NCBI GenBank assembly: GCA_965240325.2
Contig: OZ251245.1
Coordinates: 496,001 to 560,000 of the forward strand
Reading direction: 5' to 3'
Origin: Rebecca billardiae RCC1528
Lineage: Eukaryota > Protista > Haptophyta
DNA length: 64,000 nucleotides
Shown here: piece after piece, positions 45,801-57,321 of the stretch
Layout: each line of letters begins with the position of its first letter
How positions within the stretch are numbered: position 1 is the first letter of the stretch
The notes under the pieces: generated by a model
The model's input: only the letters and a program-made list of their open reading frames with translations
The model's database searches: none
What the model was told of the DNA's origin: nothing
Translations under genes and position numbers: made by a program

Positions 45801-48800
45801 TCGCCGCCGCCCTCGCCACCGCCGAGCCCGCCGCCGCCGAGCCCGCCGCCGAGCCCGCCGCCGAGCCCGCCGCCTTCGCCACCGCCAAGCCCGCCGCCCT
45901 CGCCGCCGCCCTCGCCGCCACCCTCGCCCCCGCCGAGCCCGCCGCCCTCGCCGCCGCCCTCACCGCCACCGTCGCCGCCACCGTCGCCGCCGCCGCCGAG
46001 CCCACCCCCGAGCCCGCCGCCGAGCCCGCCGCCGAGCCCGCCACCGAGCCCGCCGCCGTCGCCGCCGCCGAGCCCGCCGCCGTCGCCACCGCCGAGCCCG
46101 CCGCCGCCCTCTCCGCCGCCCAGCCCGCCTCCGAGTCCGCCGCCAAGCCCACCGCCGAGCCCGCCGCCAAGCCCGCCGCCATTGCCTCCGCCGAGCCCGC
46201 CGCCGAGCCCGCCGCCACCAAGCCCGCCACCGTCGCCGCCGCCGAGCCCGCCGCCCTCGCCGCCGCCGAGCCCGCCGCCGAGCCCACCGCCCTCGCCACC
46301 ACCGAGCCCGCCGCCCTCGCCACCGCCGTCGCCACCGCCAAGCCCTCCGCCAAGCCCGCCGCCCAGTCCGCCACCTCCGTCGCCACCGCCCTCCCCGCCT
46401 CCGTCGCCGCCGCCGAGCCCTCCGCCTAGTCCGCCGCCGAGCCCGCCGCCGAGCCCACCGCCATCACCGCCACCAAGCCCCCCGCCGAGCCCCCCACCCT
46501 CGGCCCCGCCGAGCCCACCGCCATCGCCGCCGCCACCAAGCCCGCCGCCAAGCCCTCCGCCCAGCCCTCCACCCAGCCCACCGCCCAGCCCGCCTCCATC
46601 CCCGCCCCCGAGCCCACCACCATCGCCGCCACCGAGCCCGCCACCGCCCTCGCCACCCCCGAGCCCACCGCCGTCACCGCCGCCGTCGCCGCCACCGAGC
46701 CCACCACCGTCGCCGCCGCCGTCCCCGCCGCCATCCCCGCCGCCAAGCCCGCCTCCACCGAGCCCGCCGCCGTCGCCTCCGCCCAGCCCACCACCAAGCC
46801 CTCCGCCATCGCCGCCGCCGAGCCCGCCGCCTTCGCCGCCGCCATCACCGCCCCCGAGCCCACCACCATCGCCGCCACCGTCGCCGCCGCCATCACCACC
46901 GCCGAGCCCACCTCCGCCCAGCCCACCGCCCTCCCCTCCGCCCTCTCCGCCGCCAAGTCCGCCGCCATCGCCACCTCCACCATCGCCGCCACCTTCGCCG
47001 CCTCCGTCGCCGCCCCCGAGCCCACCGCCGAGCCCACCACCATCGCCGCCGCCGAGCCCGCCTCCATCACCGCCACCCAGTCCGCCACCGAGCCCACCGC
47101 CAAGTCCGCCGCCGTCACCGCCACCCTCGCCCCCGCCCACGCCCCCACCATCGCCCCCACCATCGCCGCCGCCGAGCCCACCGCCCTCGCCGCCTCCAAG
47201 CCCGCCGCCGAGCCCGCCGCCGAGCCCGCCCCCGAGCCCGCCGCCTTCGCCACCACCGAATCCACCACCATCACCACCGCCGAGTCCACCGCCGTCACCG
47301 CCACCAAGCCCTCCGCCATCGCGGCCACCGAGTCCGCCGCCTTCGCCACCGCCCTCGCCGCCGCCAAGCCCACCGCCAAGCCCACCGCCCTCGCCACCGC
47401 CCTCGCCACCGCCAAGCCCACCGCCAAGCCCACCGCCGTCGCCACCGCCATCGCCACCTCCAAGCCCTCCGCCGTCGCCGCCGCCAAGCCCACCACCATC
47501 GCCGCCACCGTCGTCACCGCCGAGCCCGCCACCGAGCCCGCCGCCGAGCCCACCACCGAGCCCACCGCCGAGCCCACCGCCGAGCCCACCGCCGAGCCCA
47601 CCGCCGTCCCCGCCGCCAAGCCCGCCACCGTCCCCACCACCAAGCCCTCCCCCGAGCCCGCCACCGTCGCCGCCGCCGTCGCCGCCGCCAAGCCCGCCGC
47701 CGTCCCCACCACCAAGCCCGCCGCCCTCGCCACCACCATCGCCTCCGCCGAGCCCTCCTCCGTCGCCGCCACCAAGCCCCCCACCATCGCCACCACCGTC
47801 GCCACCGCCAAGTCCACCGCCATCGCCTCCGCCAAGCCCGCCACCAAGTCCGCCCCCGAGCCCGCCACCGAGCCCGCCACCGAGCCCACCGCCGTCCCCG
47901 CCGCCATCCCCGCCGCCATCGCCGCCGCCTAGCCCTCCGCCCTCGCCGCCGCCGAGCCCGCCGCCCTCGCCGCCGCCGAGCCCGCCGCCGAGCCCGCCGC
48001 CAAGCCCGCCGCCCTCGCCGCCGCCGAGCCCACCACCGTCGCCGCCGCCGTCGCCCCCGCCGAGCCCACCGCCATCGCCCCCGCCGAGCCCGCCGCCGTC
48101 ACCACCGCCGAGCCCACCGCCGTCTCCACCACCGAGCCCGCCACCGAGCCCGCCTCCGAGCCCACCGCCGTCCCCGCCGCCGTCGCCACCGCCCAGCCCA
48201 CCGCCGTCGCCACCGCCGAGCCCGCCACCATCGCCGCCGCCGAGCCCACCGCCGTCGCCACCGCCGAGCCCGCCACCATCGCCGCCGCCGAGCCCACCGC
48301 CGTCGCCCCCGCCGAGCCCGCCGCCCTCGCCGCCGCCGAGCCCGCCCCCGTCCCCGCCACCGAGCCCACCGCCGAGCCCGCCGCCGAGCCCACCGCCGTC
48401 CCCACCGCCGTCGCCGCCGCCAAGCCCGCCGCCCTCGCCGCCGCCGAGCCCGCCGCCGAGCCCACCGCCCTTGCCGCCGCCGAGCCCACCACCGTCACCG
48501 CCACCGTCGCCACCGCCGAGCCCACCGCCGTCGCCCCCTCCGAGCCCGCCACCCTCGCCGCCGCCGAGCCCGCCCCCGTCCCCACCGCCGAGCCCACCGC
48601 CGAGCCCGCCACCGAGCCCACCGCCGTCCCCACCACCGTCGCCGCCGCCAAGCCCGCCGCCGTCGCCGCCCCCGAGCCCGCCGCCGTCGCCACCGCCCAG
48701 CCCACCGCCGTCGCCCCCGCCGAGCCCGCCACCATCACCGCCGCCGAGCCCACCGCCGTCGCCCCCTCCGAGCCCGCCACCCTCGCCGCCGCCGAGCCCG

Positions 48801-51252
48801 CCCCCGTCCCCACCGCCGAGCCCACCGCCGAGCCCGCCACCGAGCCCACCGCCGTCCCCACCACCGTCGCCGCCGCCAAGCCCGCCGCCCTCGCCGCCCC
48901 CGAGCCCGCCGCCGAGCCCACCGCCCTCGCCGCCGCCGAGCCCACCGCCGTCGCCGCCACCGTCGCCACCGCCGAGCCCACCGCCGTCGCCCCCTCCGAG
49001 CCCGCCGCCCTCGCCGCCGCCGAGCCCGCCGCCGAGCCCGCCGCCGTCGCCGCCGCCGAGCCCGCCACCGTCGCCGCCGCCCTCGCCACCGCCGAGCCCT
49101 CCGCCTTCGCCGCCGCCGAGTCCGCCGCCGAGCCCGCCACCGTCGCCACCGCCGAGCCCGCCGCCGAGCCCGCCACCACGCCCACCACCCAGCCCGCCGC
49201 CCTCACCGCCGCCGAGTCCACCGCCCTCGCCGCCTCCAAGCCCACCGCCCTCGCCGCCGCCTTCGCCACCGCCGAGCCCGCCGCCGTCCCCTCCGCCGAG
49301 CCCGCCGCCGAGCCCACCGCCCTCGCCGCCACCGTCTCCGCCGCCAAGCCCACCGCCCTCGCCACCGCCGAGCCCGCCTCCGAGCCCGCCGCCGAGTCCG
49401 CCACCGTCGCCGCCGCCAAGCCCACCACCATCGCCTCCTCCCAGCCCGCCACCCTCGCCGCCGCCGAGCCCGCCGCCCTCGCCGCCGCCGTCACCGCCAC
49501 CCTCGCCGCCACCGTCTCCGCCGCCAAGCCCACCACCGTCGCCGCCACCGAGCCCACCGCCGAGCCCGCCGCCGAGCCCGCCGCCCTCGCCGCCGCCGAG
49601 CCCGCCGCCGAGCCCACCGCCATCGCCGCCGCCGTCGCCGCCACCGAGTCCGCCGCCGAGCCCACCCCCAAGCCCGCCGCCTAGCCCGCCTCCGAGCCCC
49701 CCGCCCTCGCCGCCGCCCTCGCCGCCTCCGTTGCCACCGCCGAGCCTGCCGCCCTCGCCTCCCCCCGCGCCGCCACCAAGCCCGCCGCCCTCGCCTCCGC
49801 CGCACCCGCCGCCCAGTCCGCCGCCGTCCCCACCGCCGGCGTCTCCGCCGAGCCCGCCGCCAAGCCCTCCGCCGTCTCCACCGCCTGCGCTCGTGCCCGC
49901 GCCGCCGCCGGGCCCCGCGCCGTTGCCGCCGCCGGCTCCACCCCCGAGCCCGCCCCCGAGCCCGCCTCGCCAGCCGCCGTCGCGCCCGCCGCCGCGCCCG
50001 CCGCCGCTGCCACCGCCCCCGCCGCGCACCGAGCCGTTCCCTCCGCCACGGCCACCATCCCCGCCGCCATCGCCGCCTCCGAGCCCGCCGCCGAGCCCGC
50101 CGCGGTCGCCGCCGCCGCGTGCTCCGCCGTCGCCGCCTCCCAGCCCGCCGCCGTCGCGGCCACCGCCGCGGCCGCCGCAGCCGCCACCGAGCGCGCCGCC
50201 GCGGCCGCCGCCGCCGCCGCGCACCGAGCCCTTCCCGCCGCCCGCGCCGCCGAGCCCACCGCCATCGCCGCCGCCGCGACCTCCGCCGTCGCCGCCGCCG
50301 CGCACGCCGCCCGCGCCGCCGCCGAGCCCACCGCCGAGCCCGCCGCCCTCGCCGCCGCCGAGCCCTCCGCCCTCGCCGCCGCCGCGCGCGCCGCCCCGCC
50401 CGCCGCCGCGCCCTCCGCCGCCGCCGCGCGCCGAGCCCTTCCCGCCGCCGTCTCCGCCGAGCCTGCCGCCGTCCGCGCCGCCGTCCGCGCCGCCGCCGCC
50501 GCCGCCACCGCTGCTGCGCGCCCTCGTCCTCGGCCTCTCGCCCAGCACCGTCCCGCTCGGCCCGCGCGCGGACGGCGAGGGCGGCGCGGCGCGGCGGCGG
50601 CTGGCGTGCGCGGACGGGTCGGCCACGCCCACCACCACCACGCTCACCGTGGCCGGCCGCGGCTTTGTCGCGGACGCGGGCGCGTCCGAGCGGGTGGCGT
50701 GCACGCTGCACGCGGCGGCGGGGCCGCGGGGCGAGCCGACGACGGCCGCGCAGATACAGAGCGGCGCCTCGGCGCCACTGCTCACGCTCAACGGCACGCT
50801 GCTGCACGAGGAGGCGGCGGCGTGCGCGCTGCCGCGCGAGTGGGCGTGCGGCGCGGCCGCGGCCGGCGCTGCGCTCGGCGCGGGCGAGTACGTGCTCTCG
50901 CTGTGGCTGGGCGCGCCCGCTGCGGGCGGGGCAGTGGTGCCGGCGCTGTTCGGCCCGCCCTCGCTGCGCCTCTTCGACTTCGCCGCCGACGTCTCGCTGG
51001 CCGCCATCGAGCCCGACTCCGGCCCTCTGTCCGGGGGCACTGTCGTCACGCTGAGCGGCGCCGGATTCGAGCTCGCCGCCGCGGCCGGCTCGGCGCTGTG
51101 CTGCGTGCTGCCCGAGCACGGCGGCGAGGCGTGCGCCGCGCGCGCCGAGCTGCTGCGCGCGCTGAACGGCACGAGCCGCGCGCGCTGCGTGCTGCCGCCG
51201 GGTAGCGCGGCCGGCCCGCTTGCGCTCGAGCTCGGCGTGCGGGCGGAGGAGA

Positions 51253-51303
<51 letters not shown>

Positions 51304-54300
51304 GCGGAGGCGGCGCGGCGGGCGTCGTCGTCGGCCGCACGGCGTCGGCGGCCGTCTCGTTCCGCTACTACGACGACGCGGCGTTGCGCGTGCTGTCGGT
51401 CACGCCCGCGCGCGGCATGGCGCGCACCAACACGCTCATCCAGCTGGCGGGCGCGGGCTCGCTCCTCGGCGGCGCGGCCGTGCGCGTCGCGTTTGGGCGC
51501 GCGCGCGCCGAGCGGCCGCTCTCGGCCTCGGCCGCGCACGGCGTGCTGCTGCAGCGGGCGTCGCACTTCGCGCCGGGGGCGAACGGCAGCGCGGACAGCG
51601 CCGCCGGCTCGCGCGCCGTGCAGCTCTTCGTGTCGCTCAACGGGCAGCAGTGGTCGCCGCGCACGCCGGGCGGGCCGGGCGCGGTGCGCTTCTCCTTTGA
51701 ACCCTCCCCGCACGCGCCCGCGCTCGAGGGTGCGCACTTTGACGCGGCGAGCGGCGCGGCGCTGCTGCTGCGCTTCGACGCTCAGCCGACCGACCGCGCG
51801 GGGATGGGCGGCGGCCTCGGGCCGTGCGCGCCGCTGCTCGACGACGAGACGCTCGCGCTGCTGCGCGGCGACGCGCTCGCAGACGGCGCGGACGGCGCGG
51901 GCGCGGTCGCGCCCCCTGCAGAGGACGCGGACACCGAGGCGGCGGCGGCGGCGTGGGCGCGCTGCTACTGGAGCGACGACTCGACGCTCGTCGTGCGGCT
52001 GAGCGCGGACACGCGCGCCGCGCCCGGCATGCGCGTCGGCGTGCGCGCGGGCGCGGTGCGGCCCGCGGCGTGCGCGTGGGCCGCGTGCGCCGCCGCTGCG
52101 CGGGCGGGCAACGAGGCCGCATCCGTCACCGTCGACCCCGACGCGCCGTGCGGCGACGCGCCGTGCCCGACGCCCGTGGCGGTGCTGCGCGCGCCCGCGG
52201 CGATCTCGCCGTGCGCCAACGAGTCGCTGTCCCTCGACGGCACCGCGTCGAGTGCCGGCGGCGTCGTGCCGCCCGCGTACAGCTGGGGGCTGGACGGCAG
52301 CGCGGCGGGCGCGGGCGCTGCGCTCGTCGAGGCTGCGCTGCGCGCGCTGCCGCCGTCCGCGTCGAGCGTGCGCGTGGGCGAGCTGCCCGCCGCCACGTCC
52401 GCGCGAGGGTACGTGATCGCCCTGCGCGTCACCTCCTTCCTCGGCGTGCCCTCCGAGCTCGCGTGGGCCGAGGTGCGGCGCGCGCGCACGCCGGCGCCCA
52501 GCGTGGCGCTGCTCGGCGCGCCCGCCGGCGCCGTGCGCGCCGACCGGCCGCTCGAGCTCTCGGCGCGCGTGCAGCAGCTGCCGCCGTGCTGGCCCGCGGC
52601 GCGCGGTGAGCGCGTGGCGCTGAGCTGGCGCGTGCTCGGCGCGACGCCGCTCGACGCGCCCGCCGCCGCGGCCGCGCCCGCGCCGCTGCCCGACCTGAGC
52701 GCGCACGCGCTCGCGCGCGGCGCACGGCTGTCTCTGCCGGCGCACGCGCTGCGCGCCGGGTTCGCCTACGAGCTCGAGGCGCTGGTCAGCATGGCGGACG
52801 AGCCGGGCGTGCGCTCGAGCGCGCGCGCGACGATCGCGGTGCGCCGCGTGCCGCCCGTCGCCGTGCTCGCCGCCGACGCGCGCACGTTCGGCGCCGACGA
52901 TCCCGTCGTCGCCGACGCGTCCGCAAGCCACGACCCGTCGGGCCGTGAGGGCGGCGCGGCCGAGCGCGCGCAGGCGGCGCTGCTGGCGTTTGAGTGGCTG
53001 CTGCTGCGGCGGGACGAGGGCGCTGGTGGCGGCGGCGGGCTCGGCGCGGGCTCGGCGCTGCCGCTCCCGCCCAACGCCACGGCCTCCCCCGCGGGCGTGC
53101 TCACCATCCCCGCGCGCGCGCTGCCGCCCGGCGCATACACGGTGCGCGTGCGCGTCGCGCGGCCGGGCAGCGCGTCGGCGGCGGCGGAGGCGGCGGAGTC
53201 GAGCGCGACGATGGCGGTGGAGGTGGCGGCGGGCTCGCCGCCCGCCGTGGCGCTGCTGCCGCTGCCGCGCACCGTGTACAACCCCAGCTGGCGCCTCCCC
53301 ACCGAGCGGCTGGCGATCGAGGCGCGCGAGCCGACGGCGGCGGCGGCGGCGGGCGGCGGCGGCGGCGCGTATGCTTTCGAGTGGCGCGCGTGGCTCGTGG
53401 GCGCGGGCGGCGCGCTCGCGCCCGCGCCGCTCAACCTGAGCGATACGGCGTCGGTCACGACGACGGGCGGCGCCTCGCGCGCCCTCGCGTTCCGAAGCGG
53501 CGCGCTCGCGCCCGGCGCCGCGTACGTCTTCGAGCTGCGCGTGGCGGACGTCTCGCGGCCCGAGGCGGGGGCGGGCGGCGCGGCCGTGCGCGTGAGCGTC
53601 AACCGCCCGCCGTTTGGCGGCGCGCTCGACGTGCGCGCGGCAGCGGGCGGCGGCGCGCTCGCGGGCGGCGCGCGCGTGGAGCTCGGCGCCGAGCTGACGC
53701 TGAGCGCGCGCGGCTGGGCCGACGACGACGCGGACGACTTGCCGCTGCGGTACGCGTTTGAGTTCGAGGACGAGGACGCGGACGCGCTCGGCGGCGGCGG
53801 CGGCGGCGGCGGTGCGCGCGCGGCCGTGCCGCTTCTGAGCGGACCGCGCGCGGACAGCCCGTCGCTCACGGGCGTGGTGCTGCCGCCCGGCCGGCTTCGC
53901 GTGCGCGTGCGCGTCTCGGACGCGCGCGGCGCCGAGGCTCGTGCGAGCACAGCGCTCGAGGTCGCGCCTCGCGCGAGCGACGCCGACGACGGCGGCGCGC
54001 TGGCCGCGGCGCTGCTGGTGCGGGCGCGCGCGGCGGTCGAGCGCGCGGACGCGCCGGGCGCGCTGCGGCTGGTCTCGACGGTGGCGGGGCTCGACGCGTC
54101 GGCGGCGCCGCCCGCCGCCGCACTGCTCGCGCTCACGCGCGAGGCCGGCGCGCTCGCCGGCCCCGGCGCGGCGGCGCGCGCGCAGCACGCGGCCGCGCTC
54201 GAGGCGGTCGGCGCGGCGGCGCGCGGCTCGCTGTTGTCGGAGGACGGCGGCGCGCAGGCGTCGGTGCTGGAGCAGGCGGCGGCGCTGGCGCGCGGCGCGC

Positions 54301-54617
54301 ACGAGGGCGGCGAGGGCATCGACGGCCCCAGCGCCGCATCGCTCATCCGGCTCGCCGACCGCGCGCTGCTCGCCAACGCCACCAGCGCCGTCGCCCCCGC
54401 CGACTCGGTCCAGATCGGGCTGGCGGCGCTGCAGCTGGCGGGCTGGCTGGCGCGGGCACTGCTCAGCGGCGCGCTGCCGGGGGAGGCGCCCGTGCGGCTG
54501 GCGGGGGCGGCCGTGGGGCTCGCGGCGGCGCGCGTGCGTGCGGACACGCTGCCGCCGGACGCTGCGCCGCCCGGTGCCGGCGGCGCGCCCGCCGCCGGCA
54601 CGGCGTGGATTGAGCTC

Positions 54618-54649
<32 letters not shown>

Positions 54650-57289
54650 CGCGGGCGTGCGCGTGCCCGCGGGCGCGCTCACGTCGCAGCCGCCGGCTGC
54701 GCTCGGCGACGCGGGCTCGGCGGATGTGGTGGTCACCGCCGTCTCCGTGCGCACGCTCGAGCAGGCGTGGGCGCTGCGCGCCGAAGGCAACGCCACCGCC
54801 GCCGCCGCCGCCGCCGCGGAGATGCTCGCCGAGGCGCAGGGCGCTCCCTTCCTCACCGCCATCATGTCGGTCAACCTGTTCAGCGGCGGCGGCACGGGCG
54901 GCGGCCTGTTGGATGTGCGCGCGCTGAGCGCGCCTGTGCTGCTCGCGCTGCCGCCGCTGCTCGAGCCGCCGCACAGCGCCGAGCCCTCGCTCGCGCGCGC
55001 GTGCCGCTACTGGGACGCCGACGCGCGCGCGTGGTCCGGCCGCGGCTGCACGGCCGTGCCCGCGCCCGCCGGCCGCGACCCCTCGCTGCTGCACTGCGCG
55101 TGCGACCACCTCACCACGTTTGCAGGGCTCGGGCTCCCCGCCAGTGAGGCGGAGGCGCGCGCGGACGCGGGCGCGGTGCGCGTGAACACCTTCAGCGCCG
55201 CCGACGCCATCGAGATCCTCGCCGACCCCGCGGAGGGGCACCGCGAGAACCAGACCATCTACCGGCTGGTCTACTTGCTCGCGGGCGCGAACGGCCTCGC
55301 GCTCGCGTGCGCGCTCGGCGCGGACGCGCGCGCGGCGCGCGCGTACGCGCGGTGGCATGCGGCTGAGCTGAAGACGAGCGGGATGGCGGGCGCGCGGCCG
55401 CACCGGCTGACCGACTCGAGCGTCGGCAGCAGCGCCGCGCCGAGCAGCACCGCCACCGCCTCGCCCACCTCCGTCGCCGCAGAGATCCGAGACGGCCGCT
55501 CGACCGTGCAGCGGCTGCGGATGCGGCGGCGCGCGCGAGAGGAGGAGGAGGGCGCGGCGAGCGCGGCGGCGGAGGGCTCGGCGGTGCTGGCGGCGGACGG
55601 GTCGTCGCCGCTCGCGACGCCGCCCTCGCCGCCGCGCACGCGCTCGGCCCACGACCCGCCCCGCCGCGCCGACGCCGCGCCGCCCGCCGCGCGCCCAGAC
55701 TCGGTGTGGGCCTCGGCGCGCGCGCTCAAGCGCACGGCGCGCGCCGGCTCGACGCGCGGCCGCGCGCTGCTGCTCGCGCATCGGCTGCTCGACGAGCACA
55801 CGCTGCTCGTGCTGCTCTTCGCGCCGGCGGCGCGCGGCGTGCGCAAGGCCGAGCTGGTGCAGACGCTCTTCAACCTCGCCGCCGTGCAGCTGCTCCTCGA
55901 GTGCGCGCTCTTCGACGCGAGCGCACAGCCGGGCGGCGCGGCGCGCGCGCTCACTGTCGCGCTGTACGCGGCCGCGGCCGCGGCGGTGGCGCTGCCCGCG
56001 CTCGCGCTCTGCCGCGGCGTGTGGGCGCTCGCGCACGCCGGCGAGCGCGACTCGCCGCCCGCGCGCCTCTACCGCGCGCTGCGCGCCACGCTCGACGGCA
56101 CGCGCCCCGCCTCGGCCGGCGCGCGCGTGGCGCATGTCTCCGCCCTCGTGCAGTCGTCCGCGCAGCTCTCCTCCATCGTGGGGGCGCGGCAGGTGGTGCT
56201 GGCGGAGGAGGAGGAGGAGGACGGGGGCGAGGAGGAGGAGGGGCAGCGCAGCCTCAGCCCGCAGCGCGCGCTCGGCGTGCCGAGCCGCGCGCGGGACGCG
56301 CCGCCGTCGCCCTTGGCGCTCGACGCCGTCCGCGCGCCGCCGTGCGCGCCGCCGCCGCCGTCCGCCGCCGCCCTCGGCGCCAGCCGCACCCGAGTCACGC
56401 CGGTGCGCTCGCAGCAGCGGCCCGGCGCGCAGAGGCCCGCGTCCGCGCCGCGCTCGGGCACGCGCAGGCCCGGCTCGGCGGGGGTGACGCTCAGCGGCGG
56501 CGGCATCGTCGCGCCGCTGCAGTCGCCCACGGGCGCGCTCGTCCGCCGGCTGGCTGAGGCCGCCGCCGCACGCGCGGGCGGCGACGCGGACGGCGACGCG
56601 GCCGCGGACGCGGAGCGCGCCTCTGACGGCGGCGGCAGTGAGCCGCTCACACGGCCGCGCAGCGCCGGCCGCGCGCGCCGGCCACACAGCGCCAACGTGC
56701 TGCCGCGCTCGGCGCGCGCCACGTTCGCGCCTCGGCGTCGGCCCGAGCTCGGCGGCAGCTGCAGCTCCACGCCGGAGGGCTCGCCGCGGCCGCAGCCACC
56801 GCGCGCGCCGCCCAGCCTTGCGCGCGGCCCCGGCAGCAGCTCCGGCACGAGCCCAGAGCCGGCTCAGCCGCCCTCGCCCAGCGGCTGGCCTCCCGCGTCG
56901 CCGCCGCCCTCGCCGCCGCCGCCACGCAAGCCCAACTCGAGCCGCGTGCGCCTGCCGGGCAGCCCGGCCGAGCCAGCTCCGCGGCGGCACTCGAGCCGGA
57001 TGCCCCCGCCGCCGCCGCCGCCGCCGGCGACGACGCCGACGCCGACCACCACCAACACCACCACCGCGATGTCGACGACAGGAGCCGGGCCGAGCGCGTC
57101 GGCCCAGCCCGAGCCGGCTGCGTGCAGGCCACTGCCACCGCGCTCCCCCCTCCCAGCGAGTGCCGTGCCCGCTCTGACGAGCGTCCCCCTGCAGGCTCGG
57201 CGCCAAAGCTTGCCGCTCGACGCGGGCGCCGAGGCGCGCACCGCTTGGAGCAGCAGCGGCGCAACCGCCACGCCGGCCGCCGCCCCTCA

Positions 57290-57321
<32 letters not shown>

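Noticed and set aside
41737-57206. Huge minus-strand ORFs (3178 aa Gly-rich, 2571 aa Arg-rich, 990 aa) and the 1018-aa plus-strand AAEP ORF
   Set aside because: These are shadow frames of the SPPP/GC-rich coding sequence. Synonymous variation and domain continuity identify the Pro/Ser frame as the real one.
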